From NCBI GenBank assembly GCA_028275025.1, contig JAQCNM010000031.1:2078-66077 (forward strand): a stretch of 64,000 bases of DNA, in the 5' to 3' direction. Each line of letters begins with the position of its first letter. Position 1 is the first letter of the stretch. This DNA is from Halovenus sp. Its GTDB lineage: Archaea > Halobacteriota > Halobacteria > Halobacteriales > Haloarculaceae. The notes under the pieces were generated by a model. It saw nothing but the letters and a program-made list of their open reading frames with translations. It was not told where the DNA came from and made no database searches. The translations under genes and the position numbers were made by a program. Positions 29,219 through 38,938 of the stretch are shown in pieces.

Positions 29219-31183
29219 TCACTCCTCGCCGACTGCCGTCTCGATGTCGTGGACGACATCCGGGTTCCGGAGCGTGCTGGTGTTGCCGAGTTCGTCCCCG
29301 TTTGCGATGTCCTCGAGCAGTCTGCGCATTATCTTGCCCGAACGGGTCTTTGGTAGCTCCGGCGTGAACACGACGGCCGACGGCCTGGCGAACGGCCCGA
29401 TGTCCGTCTCGACGGCCTCGACAATCGCCTCGCGAAACGACTCGGTCTCGGGCTGTCCGTCCGCGGTGATGACGTAGGCGTAGACTGCCTCACCCGTTAT
29501 GTCGTGTTCGCCCCCGACGACCGCCGCCTCGGCGACCCCTTCGACGCCCACAATCGCCGATTCGACCTCCATCGTTCCGATGCGGTGACCCGAGACGTTG
29601 ATGACGTCGTCGACACGACCGAGAATCGTGAGGTAGCCGTCGTCGTCGAGTTTGGCGCCGTCCTCGGGAAAGTAGACCCACTCGTCACGGTCGGGGTTCG
29701 AGTAGGTCTGCCAGTACTCGTCGAGAAACCGCTCGTCGTTCTGGTACAACGTGCGGAGCATCCCCGGCCAGGGTCTGTTAACGACGAGGTGGCCGGCCTG
29801 ACCGGCCTCGACTGGGTGACCACGGCTATCGACGACATCGGCACTCACCCCTGGCAGCGGCGGTCCGGCCGACCCAGGTTTCATCCTGTCGACACCGGGC
29901 AGTGTCGTTATCATCATCCCGCCGGTCTCTGTCTGCCACCAGGTATCCACGACCGGACAGGACTCGTCGCCGATGTGTTTGTAGTACCACTTCCAGGCGC
30001 GTGGGTTGATAGGCTCGCCGACCGTCCCGAGCAGACGCAGCGAGGAGCGGTCGTACTCGGCGGGGTACTCCGCCCCCCACTTCATGAACGAGCGGATGGC
30101 AGTCGGCGCGGTGTACAGCTGTGTGACGCCGTACTCCTCGACGAGCTCCCACAGCCGCCCCTTGTGTGGGTAGTCCGGCGTCCCCTCGTACATCACTGTG
30201 GTCGTCCCGAGCGCCAGCGGGCCGTAGACGATGTAGGAGTGGCCGGTTATCCAGCCGATGTCGGCCGCACACCAGTAGGTGTCCTCGGGCTTGATATCGA
30301 GCACGGCGTGGCTCGTCCAGGCCACGTAGGAGAGATACCCCCCGGTGGTGTGTTTCACCCCCTTTGGCTTGCCGGTCGTCCCGGAGGTGTACATGAGAAA
30401 CAACATGTCCTCGGCGTCGCGGCTCACGGGTTCGACAGTCGCCCCGGCGTGTCTGTCCCGGAGGTCGCCGAACACGTGCTCTGCACCCACCTCGCTCGGT
30501 GCGTCCTCGCCGAGTCGGTCGACAACGACCGTCGTCACGTCACCGTCGACCGACGCCAGCCCCTCTCGGGCCTTCTGCAGGTGGTCGAGCGGGTCACCGC
30601 GCCGGTAGTAGCCGTCACAGGTAACCAGCGTCCCGGAGTCGGCCGCGTCCATCCGCTCGGCGAGAGCGTTTGCCGAGAACCCCGCAAACACCACCGAGTG
30701 AGGGGCACCGAGACGGGCACACGCCAGCATCGCGACCGGCAGCTCCGGTATCATCGGCAGATACAGCGTGACGACGTCGTCGGCCTCGACGCCCAGTTCG
30801 CGCAGGGCAGCGGCAACGGCGTTTACCTCCTCGTGGAGTTCGCTGTAGGTGTAGCTGCGGCGGTCGTCGTCCTCGCCGATCCACTCGATCGCCACCTCGT
30901 CGCCGCGGTCGTCGAGATGCCGGTCCAGACAGTTGTGTGACGCGTTCAACTCGCCACCGACGAACCACTCGTAGAACGGCTCGTTGTCGTCGTCGAGCAC
31001 CTGGTCCCACTCGCTGTTCCAGCTTAGCAGGTTCGCCGCGCGCTCCCACTCGGCCGGCCAGTTCTGCTCGAACGCCTCGTGAATCTCCTCGGAGACGTTC
31101 GCCTGCTCGACAAACGCCGCCGGCGGCTCGAAGCTCTCCTGCTCGTCGAGTCTCGCCTCAAGCCCGATATCGTCTTCTGGCAT
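29219..31183 (-). CDS. acs: Acetate--CoA ligase (AMP-forming)
   Basis: Motifs YTSGTTGKPKG, DIGWITGHSY, DTWWQTETG, LPKTRSGKIMRR. Confidence 0.96.
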   Translation of the reverse strand: MPEDDIGLEARLDEQESFEPPAAFVEQANVSEEIHEAFEQNWPAEWERAANLLSWNSEWDQVLDDDNEPFYEWFVGGELNASHNCLDRHLDDRGDEVAIEWIGEDDDRRSYTYSELHEEVNAVAAALRELGVEADDVVTLYLPMIPELPVAMLACARLGAPHSVVFAGFSANALAERMDAADSGTLVTCDGYYRRGDPLDHLQKAREGLASVDGDVTTVVVDRLGEDAPSEVGAEHVFGDLRDRHAGATVEPVSRDAEDMLFLMYTSGTTGKPKGVKHTTGGYLSYVAWTSHAVLDIKPEDTYWCAADIGWITGHSYIVYGPLALGTTTVMYEGTPDYPHKGRLWELVEEYGVTQLYTAPTAIRSFMKWGAEYPAEYDRSSLRLLGTVGEPINPRAWKWYYKHIGDESCPVVDTWWQTETGGMMITTLPGVDRMKPGSAGPPLPGVSADVVDSRGHPVEAGQAGHLVVNRPWPGMLRTLYQNDERFLDEYWQTYSNPDRDEWVYFPEDGAKLDDDGYLTILGRVDDVINVSGHRIGTMEVESAIVGVEGVAEAAVVGGEHDITGEAVYAYVITADGQPETESFREAIVEAVETDIGPFARPSAVVFTPELPKTRSGKIMRRLLEDIANGDELGNTSTLRNPDVVHDIETAVGEE

Positions 31184-31416
31184 AGGTCCACGTTGGGCCA
31201 GGCGGAACTTAATTCCAGGCGGTCAGAGAGGCGGTCGACACCCGCTCACCCAGACCACCGACAGCACACGGGCGGCCCGTGAACCCCCTCGGTCGACCGA
31301 CGGTATCCGGCCTCCTGGGTCGACCGGCCAGTCCCGAACTGACCGATAATGGGTTGTCTGTGCTCGACTCGCCGCCGGACACAAAGCTTTTTCCTGCCTG
31401 TGGGCGAGAGTCGCGC

Positions 31417-32052
31417 ATGGTCACTCCTGTCAGTGCCGGTCTCGTCGCCGCGGGTCTGGTCGTTCTGTTCACCGGTGCGGTGCTCTCGGTGTACGGCATC
31501 GCGCTGCTCGGCGCGATCGTCGGGGGCGGCGGCGGTTACCTGCTCGCCCCACAGCTCGGGTTCACGGAGCTCCCACAGGTCGCCGCCGGGGCGCTCGGCG
31601 GCGCTGTGCTCGGTGTGGCGGTTACGTACCTGTTGCTCTCACTCGCCATCGGTGCGCTCGCGTTCGCCGTTGGAACCTACGTCGGTGCGGTGGGCGCGGA
31701 GACACTGCTCGACGACCCCGAGCTCCTGCTGGTGGCCGGTGTCGCGGTTGCTGTCGGCGCTGTCGCGGCGTTTCTCGGCACCGTGTTCAAGCGGACGATA
31801 ATGGTGTTCGTCACGTCGTTTATCGGGGCGGCACTCACCTCCCGGCAGGTCACCGGCTCGGATTTCGGCAACCTGGACGAGCTCGAGCCGGCGGATGTCC
31901 TGTTCGACGTCGGTGACCCCCTGTTTCTGGGGCTGTTCGTGCTCGGTGTACTCACACAGCTCGGGCTGTTCAAGTTCGGGTACGTGAAAAAACTCGCCGC
32001 GTACCTCCCGGGAGCCAGTGTGCTCCGGGACCGAAAGCGGAGCTCGTCCTGA
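31417..32052 (+). CDS. Multi-TM membrane protein (DUF4203-like)
   Basis: Six to seven Gly/Ala-rich hydrophobic helices, TSFIGA motif. Confidence 0.7.
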   Translation: MVTPVSAGLVAAGLVVLFTGAVLSVYGIALLGAIVGGGGGYLLAPQLGFTELPQVAAGALGGAVLGVAVTYLLLSLAIGALAFAVGTYVGAVGAETLLDDPELLLVAGVAVAVGAVAAFLGTVFKRTIMVFVTSFIGAALTSRQVTGSDFGNLDELEPADVLFDVGDPLFLGLFVLGVLTQLGLFKFGYVKKLAAYLPGASVLRDRKRSSS

Positions 32053-32153
32053 GCGGGTGGTCCACCCGGTCACACGCCGCGGTCTGTGCCGGTTGGCATC
32101 CCGTGACAGTCGACGTGTACGGCGTCACGGGGGGTCACCAGTCCGGGACCTGA

Positions 32154-34127
32154 CTACTCGGCGCGGTCGGCGCGGTGTTCGCTGATGAGGCGGTCGACCA
32201 TCTCCGCGCTCTGCTGGCGCTCGCGCTCGCTCGCACGCTGTTCCCAGTCCTCGATTGCATCCTCGACATCGGACTCGCGGGCCACCGCGAGCTCGTCGAC
32301 CTCTTGGACGGTGACGAGCTCCGCTGGCGCGACCGGCACGTCGTGGTCGAACAACACTCGGTCGGCCATCTCGGAGAGCTGTCCGTTGCGCAACACCAGC
32401 CGGGGACCGACCTCCGCGAGGCGGTTGGCCGTCGACCGTCCGGCACCGCTCGCGTCCCGCAGCAGGATGACGTCGTCCTCGGCGAGACCGAACCGCTCGT
32501 GGGCCGTCTCGATGGCACCGGTGGTGAACTGCTCGACGACCTTCACCGGGACCAGCCCCGCTCGCTTCTCCGAGATGTCGGCAAAGTCCGAGTGGTCGAG
32601 CTTCCACAGCTCTTTGAGCCGTTCGAGCTTCCGCTCGAGACCGCTCACGCGCTCGCGCTCCTCCTCGAGCTCTCGCTCCAGCCGCTCGTTCTCCCGCTCT
32701 AGCCGGGTCACCTCCCGGCGCTCCCGCGCCTCGCGGCGCTCCTTGCGGCGTGTCTCCGAGAGCTTCGTCTCGTACTCCTCGATCTCCTGGTCGCGCTCGT
32801 CGAGCTGTGTCTCCAGTCGTTCGACGTGGTCTTGTAGCCGCTCGACCTGTCCCTCTAGCTGCCTGATACGCCGCTGCTCCTGTGAGGGCTCGTGTTCGAC
32901 GTGCTCGGTCTCGTCGTCGCCGTCACCCACATCCTCGGACAGGTCTGTGAGCACTGCCTCGACGGACTCCTCGTCGGCGACCACACGCTCGACTACCGTC
33001 CCGAGGTCCTGCCGGGGCGGCACCTTCGCGGCGATGCGCTCGAACTGGTCGGCGTGGGCGTCGTAGGCACCGAGTGCCGCGGCGACCGCGTCGCGTTCGT
33101 GGTCGTTGTCGTAGGCGACCTCCCGGGTGCGGTGTTTCTTTACGTCCACCGGGAGGTCCCTGCTCGGTGTCCAGGCGGCCGCGTCGAAGCTCCGGCGTAT
33201 CTTCCCGACGGTCTCGGGCATCGGTGTCACGTCGGCACCCACGAGAATCGGTCGTCCCCGCTCGATTATCCACTCGATAACGGCCGCGGTGTCGGCGGTC
33301 CGCGTGCTGAGCAGATCGAGCACCTCGCCGTCGAGTCCGACCAGCGCCACGGCGGTTGTTGTTCCCGGGTCGATACCGACGACAACCCGGTCACGGCGCT
33401 TTGCGAGCGGTTCGAACTCGATACCGTCCCGGCGGACCCGCTCTATCTCCACACGGACGTCCCCGGAGCGGGCAGCCGACACCGGGATCTCCGACGGACG
33501 CCCCTCGATGGTGAAGACGGCGTTTGCGAAGCCGCCGTACTTCTCTGTCACGTCGCGCTCGTAGTCGAGCCCCGCCTCGTCGAGTGTTGACTCTACCTCG
33601 CGCGTGCGCCGTCTGACAGAGCCGTGGATACGGCGGGTGTAGCGGTCCTCGCTCCAGCCACCACCACCCCCCGTCGAGCGGCCGCGGGAGACCTTTAGCT
33701 CGGTCGTGTCGGTGAACGCTGTCACCACCTGGCCGACGTTCCCCGCGGCGAGTCGGGCGGCGGCCGCCGCCTCCTTCATCGGTTTCTTTCCGTACGGCAC
33801 CCCGTGGCGCGAGGCCACCCGCGAGAGTGGCTCCGGCTGGTGGCCGCCGGTCACCTGCACCAGCCGTGTCCCGCCGGGGAGCCAGTCGAGAAACCGGACG
33901 AGGTCTGCCTTGTCCTCGGCCAACTCGTAGGTGTTGTCTGTCGCCACCAGTGCCGGCGTCTCACTCTCGATGCGCCGCCGGAGTTTCCGGTAGCTGACGA
34001 CGTCACGCTCGACAGTCTCGCCGTCGAGCACCACCAGCGCGTAGGAGGGTGCGTCACCACGGACGTCGCCACTCTGGACATCGACCCCGAAGATAACGTC
34101 GTCGAGTGCGGCCGTTCGGTCACTCAC
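32154..34127 (-). CDS. DUF460 / COG2433 protein (RNase H-like fold plus coiled coil)
   Basis: Motifs GVDVQSG, RLVQVTG, VVGIDPGTTTAVA, NDHERDA, followed by a long coiled coil. Confidence 0.85.
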   Translation of the reverse strand: MSDRTAALDDVIFGVDVQSGDVRGDAPSYALVVLDGETVERDVVSYRKLRRRIESETPALVATDNTYELAEDKADLVRFLDWLPGGTRLVQVTGGHQPEPLSRVASRHGVPYGKKPMKEAAAAARLAAGNVGQVVTAFTDTTELKVSRGRSTGGGGGWSEDRYTRRIHGSVRRRTREVESTLDEAGLDYERDVTEKYGGFANAVFTIEGRPSEIPVSAARSGDVRVEIERVRRDGIEFEPLAKRRDRVVVGIDPGTTTAVALVGLDGEVLDLLSTRTADTAAVIEWIIERGRPILVGADVTPMPETVGKIRRSFDAAAWTPSRDLPVDVKKHRTREVAYDNDHERDAVAAALGAYDAHADQFERIAAKVPPRQDLGTVVERVVADEESVEAVLTDLSEDVGDGDDETEHVEHEPSQEQRRIRQLEGQVERLQDHVERLETQLDERDQEIEEYETKLSETRRKERREARERREVTRLERENERLERELEEERERVSGLERKLERLKELWKLDHSDFADISEKRAGLVPVKVVEQFTTGAIETAHERFGLAEDDVILLRDASGAGRSTANRLAEVGPRLVLRNGQLSEMADRVLFDHDVPVAPAELVTVQEVDELAVARESDVEDAIEDWEQRASERERQQSAEMVDRLISEHRADRAE

Positions 34128-34240
34128 TGCAGGCGGATATGGCTGCGAGTGATAAAACCGCTACGCCGGGTCGTCCACGCCGGCGACGCCGAACCGGGCG
34201 GAAACGGACAAGCTTTGTTGCTGCCAGCCTACCGACCTGT

Positions 34241-35134
34241 ATGCTCCGGTTGGCTGTGACGACGCGGGCAGAGACCTACGAACGGATGCAGGACCCGCTC
34301 GCCGAGCGGTCGATCAGGGTGACACACGTTCCAACGGCCGAGCGCACCCTCTCACCCGCTGGTGACCTCGGTGAGTTCGACGCCGGGTTCGTCTTTCCGC
34401 CCCGTCTGGCAGAGGGTGGTGTCGCGGACGCACTCCTCGGCGTGCCGTGGGTGAACAACCGCGAACAGGTGCTTCGGTCCCGGTACAAGGCCGAGACCCT
34501 CGCCCGCCTCTCGGCGGCCGGGCTACCCACACCCGAGACTGTCGCCGTCTCGGACCCCGTCGGCGAGTCGACACTCCGGGAGACGTTCGACCGGTTCGAC
34601 CCGCCGGTCGTGGTCAAGCCGAACTCGGCTACCCGCGGTGTCGGTGTCACCGCGGTCGCCGACTGCGACTCGTTTCTGGGCGTGTGTGACTATCTCGACC
34701 TCGTCCACGACTACCGCGCGACAGGTGACCGCTCGTTTCTCGTCCAGGAGTACGTCGACGACGCCCGCGACTACCGGGTGATGGTCGTCGACGGGAGCTA
34801 CGCCGGTGCGGTGGAACGACGACTCCCCGACCCCGACGACGCGACCGACGCGGCGTCGGGTCCGGGTGAGCGGGTGCCGACGGCTCCCTGGAAGCACAAC
34901 GTCCACCGCGGTGCGACGGCGCGACCTGTCGACCTACCGACGGAACTGCGCGACCTGGCCGAGTCGGCCGCCGCCGCGCTCGGGATCCCGTGGCTGGGGG
35001 TCGACCTGCTGGTGACAGACGAGCGTACCGTCGTCAACGAGACGAACGCACGCCCGACAATCGACACGGCGAGAAAGTACGAACCGGGGTTCTGGGACGA
35101 CGTGGCCGCGCTCGTCCGGCGAACGGCCGAGTAG
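34241..35134 (+). CDS. RimK family ATP-grasp ligase
   Basis: Motifs VVVKPNSATRGVG, LVQEYV, DYRVMVV, WKHNVHRG, LGVDLL, NETNARP. Confidence 0.9.
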   Translation: MLRLAVTTRAETYERMQDPLAERSIRVTHVPTAERTLSPAGDLGEFDAGFVFPPRLAEGGVADALLGVPWVNNREQVLRSRYKAETLARLSAAGLPTPETVAVSDPVGESTLRETFDRFDPPVVVKPNSATRGVGVTAVADCDSFLGVCDYLDLVHDYRATGDRSFLVQEYVDDARDYRVMVVDGSYAGAVERRLPDPDDATDAASGPGERVPTAPWKHNVHRGATARPVDLPTELRDLAESAAAALGIPWLGVDLLVTDERTVVNETNARPTIDTARKYEPGFWDDVAALVRRTAE

Positions 35135-35400
35135 CGCCGACAGTCTGTCACGGCACGACCACCGACACGACCGGACTGCCGGGGTAACCGGCGACCACCC
35201 GAGGCCTATCTGTGAGTGCCCACACCGCTCCCCGCCACAGAGAGCAGGTCTTGCCGTCAGTTGGAGATGCTCGGCAGGCTCCCCGTGCCGTTCGTGGTCG
35301 ACTCCCGACCCACGCGAGAGGACACCGGCGGGTAACTGGTCGTGTACTGCCGACACCAATACAGGGTATCGAGCGCAGAGATGGGGGGAGACGGAACCGC

Positions 35401-35802
35401 TCAGAGGTCGATACTGGTCGAGTCGTCCGCCCGCTCGAAGACCACTTCGAGCACCCCGTTGTTGTACGTGGCACTCGCGGAGTGCTCGTCGACGGTTGCT
35501 GGCAGGTCGATACGCTCGCTGTACCGCCGGCTACTCCCGGTCGCGTCGAGGGTCAGCGTCGTTCCGTCACACTTTAGCTCGATATCGTTCTTGTCGACAC
35601 CCGGGATGTCGGCGACGACACGCAGTTGCTCCTCTGTCTCGTGAACGTCCAGGTGGACGTCCCGGGCACCCTCCGGCCCGGCCCGGCCGGGTGACTCGCC
35701 GGGGCCGCGCTCGAGATGGAACTCCGCGTTCCCCCCGAACATCTCGTTCATCATCCGCTCTATCTCGTCGAAGAACTCGTCGAACGGGTCATCGTCGGGC
35801 AT
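35401..35802 (-). CDS. Hsp20 / alpha-crystallin small heat-shock protein
   Basis: Motifs VVADIPGVDKNDI, IDLPATVD, ASATYNNGVLEV. Confidence 0.92.
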   Translation of the reverse strand: MPDDDPFDEFFDEIERMMNEMFGGNAEFHLERGPGESPGRAGPEGARDVHLDVHETEEQLRVVADIPGVDKNDIELKCDGTTLTLDATGSSRRYSERIDLPATVDEHSASATYNNGVLEVVFERADDSTSIDL

Positions 35803-35846
35803 AGTCACAGGTAGGGTGAGGGCGGGCAAAAGCCTTCTGTGCACTG

Positions 35847-37487
35847 TTATTGGTATCGCCCGCGGCTCTCGATATCGCGCAGACAGTCGAGCACCGCGGC
35901 CGCACCGACCTCTCGGTAGGCCGTCTCCGCGGCCTCGACTAGCCTGTCGGCGTCGGACTCGGTGCCCGCGAGGCTCTGTGCGAACACCTGCAGGTCCATC
36001 GCGTGGTCCTCGGGGTCGTCACTGTGGTAGCCAAGTCCGAAGTCGATGAGAAACACCGTCGGGTTGTTTTGCTCCGTTGCTCTCCGGACACGGACGTTCC
36101 GTGTCGTCGGGTCACCGTGGACCAGCCCCGCACCGTGGAGTCGGGCGAGGTGACGGGCGACCTGCCGGACACGGGACTCTGTCACGGCCGCCCGGAGTTC
36201 GCAGTCACCGACGTGCTGGAGACGGAGTGTCGTCCTGCCGAGGTCGATATCACGGACGAGCGGTGTCGGCACACCGGCCCGGCGTGCCTCGCTCGTCACG
36301 CGGGCCTCCGCCCGGGTCCGCTCGCGGCGCAACCGTTCGTCGAGCTCCGGATGCCGGTAGACCCGGGGCTGTCGGTTCTTTGTTACCTCTGTCTGCCCGA
36401 CGGTGACCGTCGCCTCCGCACCCTGTACTGCCTCGCCGGTGTCCAGAGTGGACCCTGTCGGGCTCTCCACGCGCCAGGTGACCGGCACCTCGTCCGGGCG
36501 AAAGTCCGAGTCGATAGCCGACTCGGTGAGCGGGACGGTGTCACCGGCCTCGTACATCGCCGCACCGAGAACGGCGATCATCCCGGCGTTGTCACGCAGA
36601 AACCGGTTCTCGGGGGCGAAAAACGCCGCCCCGCGCTGCTCGCACATACCGGCGAGCATCTCCTGGAGACGGTCGTTCTGTCCGACACCACCGCCGAGCA
36701 CGAGTTCGTCACCGCCGGTCAATGCCAGTGCCCGCTCGCTGACCTCGGTGAGCATCCCGAACATCGTCTCCTGGAGCCCGTGACAGACGTCTTCGACCGG
36801 CTCTCCATCGTCGATGGCCTCCTTTGCGGCCGAGGAGATGCCGGCAAACGAGAGGTCCATCCCCTTTACCACGTACGGCAGGTCGAGATACGACCCCTCG
36901 CGGGCGGCGCGTTCGACCTTCGGACCGCCGGGGTGGGCCCAGTCGAGGTGGCGGGTGAACTTGTCGATGGCGTTGCCGACACCGGTGTCCATTGTCTCCC
37001 CGAGCACGCGGTACCGGCCGTCGCGGTAGCCGAGCACGTGGGCGTTCGCCCCGCTCGCGTTCAGACAGACGGGGTCGTCGAACCCCGAGCGGTGACGACC
37101 GACTTCGAGGTGGGCGACCATGTGGTTCACACCGACCAGCGGCACGTCGAGACGCTGTGCGAGCGCACGGGCACTGGTCGCGGCCAGGCGCAGACACGGG
37201 CCCAGCCCCGGTCCCCGGGAGAACGCCACGGCGTCGACCGGCGTGTCTCCAGTCTCCTCGCCCCCGCCGGTCCCGAACTTCTCACGGGCCCGTTCGAGTG
37301 TCCGTTCTATCACCACCGGGAGCTGTTCGCTCATGTGTTCGGCGGCCTCACGGGGGTGGATACCGCCGCTGTCCGGGGTGTAGGCCTCGGTCTCTATCTC
37401 GACGCTGTCGCTCGCGGCGTCGTAGACGGCGGCGCTCGCGGCCCAGGCTGTCCCCTCGATACCGAGTACACGACACCCCCCGGTCAT
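35847..37487 (-). CDS. kae1: Bifunctional Kae1 t6A synthase / Bud32 kinase
   Basis: Kae1 motifs LGIEGTA, GGIHPREAAEH, VNHMVAHLE, DNAGMIA. Kinase motifs QGAEA, VHGDPTTRN, LIDFGL. Confidence 0.96.
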   Translation of the reverse strand: MTGGCRVLGIEGTAWAASAAVYDAASDSVEIETEAYTPDSGGIHPREAAEHMSEQLPVVIERTLERAREKFGTGGGEETGDTPVDAVAFSRGPGLGPCLRLAATSARALAQRLDVPLVGVNHMVAHLEVGRHRSGFDDPVCLNASGANAHVLGYRDGRYRVLGETMDTGVGNAIDKFTRHLDWAHPGGPKVERAAREGSYLDLPYVVKGMDLSFAGISSAAKEAIDDGEPVEDVCHGLQETMFGMLTEVSERALALTGGDELVLGGGVGQNDRLQEMLAGMCEQRGAAFFAPENRFLRDNAGMIAVLGAAMYEAGDTVPLTESAIDSDFRPDEVPVTWRVESPTGSTLDTGEAVQGAEATVTVGQTEVTKNRQPRVYRHPELDERLRRERTRAEARVTSEARRAGVPTPLVRDIDLGRTTLRLQHVGDCELRAAVTESRVRQVARHLARLHGAGLVHGDPTTRNVRVRRATEQNNPTVFLIDFGLGYHSDDPEDHAMDLQVFAQSLAGTESDADRLVEAAETAYREVGAAAVLDCLRDIESRGRYQ

Positions 37488-38710
37488 CAGTTTCCGTCGA
37501 GTTTGTCTGCCAGCGTGGGCACGAACGTTCCGACGTCGGTGACCATCCCGATCGCCTGCGCGCTCCCGCGGTCGACTAGCTGTGTGACGGTCCCGGGGTT
37601 GATATCGACACAGACGGTCTTTGTTGTCGAGGGGAGACAGTTACCGACCGCCACGGAGTGCAGGAGCGTCGCAAGCATCAACACGAGGTCGGCCTCGTGG
37701 GCCTGTTCACGGATGGCGTTCTGTGCCTCGACGGCGTCGGTGATGGTGTCCGGTAACGGGCCGTCGTCACGGATCGACCCCGCGACGACGTACGGCACGT
37801 CCCGCTGGACACACTCGTACATCACGCCCGACTCGACGACACCCTCCTCGATCGCGGGCTCGATACCGCCGGCGCGGATGACCTCACTTATCGTATAGAT
37901 GTGGTGTTTGTGCCCCTTTCGTGGGTGGTCGAGTGTCTCGGTGTCGACCCCGAGCGAGGTGCCGTACAGGTCACGCTCGATGTCGTGGACGGCGAACCCG
38001 TTGCCCACCGAGAGCCGGTCGACGTACCCCTCCCGGACCATCCGGGCGAGGTCCTCCCGTGCGCCGGTGTGGATGACCGCCGGCCCGCAGACGGCGAGCA
38101 CGTCCCCGCCCGCCCGCCGGGTTTCGGCGATCGCATCGGCGATCTTTCCGATTGTCGACTCCGAGGGCCGCTCCGAGGAGACACCACCCTGCATGAACCC
38201 GAACGCACCCTCCCGGCCACGGGGTCGCTCTGGCGGTTTGACACGGATACCCCGGTTCCCCGTCACGACCAGATCGCCCGCCTCGACACTGCTGAGAATC
38301 TCCGTGTACGCCCGTGGCTCCGCCGGGTCGACGATAACCGCACAGTCCATCTCGATATCTTCGACCGAGAGCCACCCCCCCTCGAACCGGATATCTGTCG
38401 GGTGGTTCGTCGTCGAGTAGAACTCCCGCGGAACGACACTGTCCGCCGGTGCGGGCTCCAGAACAACGTCTCTGGGGTCGACCGGGTTCGCCCCGTTCTG
38501 GTGGAGTTCGTGGACGATCGACTGGAGGTGTGCCTCGTCGTCGGCCGCGACGACCAACCGGGCGTACGACTCCGCGGTCTCGTGACGGCCGATCTCGAAC
38601 TCCTCCACCTCGAACGAGCCGTCCATATCCATGATGAGCCCGAAACAGGTCTCCAGCATCCCCGAGTCGATGATGTGTCCCTCGAGCTCCACGGTCCGGG
38701 ATGTGGTCAT
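37487..38710 (-). CDS. TIGR00300 family (LOR/SDH-like) ornithine cyclodeaminase
   Basis: Motifs LEGHIIDS, FYSTTNHPT, IEMDC, FGFMQGGVSSE, GNGFAVHDIE, AGSIRDDGPLP, KTVCVDINP. Confidence 0.88.
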   Translation of the reverse strand: MTTSRTVELEGHIIDSGMLETCFGLIMDMDGSFEVEEFEIGRHETAESYARLVVAADDEAHLQSIVHELHQNGANPVDPRDVVLEPAPADSVVPREFYSTTNHPTDIRFEGGWLSVEDIEMDCAVIVDPAEPRAYTEILSSVEAGDLVVTGNRGIRVKPPERPRGREGAFGFMQGGVSSERPSESTIGKIADAIAETRRAGGDVLAVCGPAVIHTGAREDLARMVREGYVDRLSVGNGFAVHDIERDLYGTSLGVDTETLDHPRKGHKHHIYTISEVIRAGGIEPAIEEGVVESGVMYECVQRDVPYVVAGSIRDDGPLPDTITDAVEAQNAIREQAHEADLVLMLATLLHSVAVGNCLPSTTKTVCVDINPGTVTQLVDRGSAQAIGMVTDVGTFVPTLADKLDGN

Positions 38711-38775
38711 GGACAGAGCATAGCTCCTCCGGGTCAAGACCGTTTGGGTCTGGGGAGCCCCACCCGCACACAACA

Positions 38776-38781
38776 TTTATA
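38776..38781 (+). promoter_or_regulatory. TATA box of the ilv leader transcript
   Basis: TTTATA ends 27 nt before ATG 38808, the spacing typical of leaderless haloarchaeal mRNAs. Confidence 0.65.
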
Positions 38782-38807
38782 CGGTCGCCAGGATGCATTA
38801 CTGATAG

Positions 38808-38873
38808 ATGCAGACCGCTGCCGGCACTACGACAGCCCTGGCAGCCAGTCACCTCCTCGTAGGGGCCCGTTAG
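38808..38873 (+). CDS. Putative ilv leader peptide (uORF), MQTAAGTTTALAASHLLVGAR
   Basis: 21 codons ending CTC CTC GTA GGG GCC CGT TAG. The stop lies in the hairpin AGGGGC-CCGTTA-GCCCCT (38861-38878), 65 nt upstream of ilvB. Confidence 0.6.
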   Translation: MQTAAGTTTALAASHLLVGAR

Positions 38874-38938
38874 CCCCTCTGTTACTCACTTCTCGTCCGG
38901 CCGGTATCGCGCGTCGACCCCCCAGCCAACCCCACACA

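Noticed and set aside
37901-38938. 950-aa ORF suggesting a large N-terminal extension of IlvB
   Set aside because: The extension is mostly the antisense shadow of the TIGR00300 gene. IlvB homology begins after ATG 38939.
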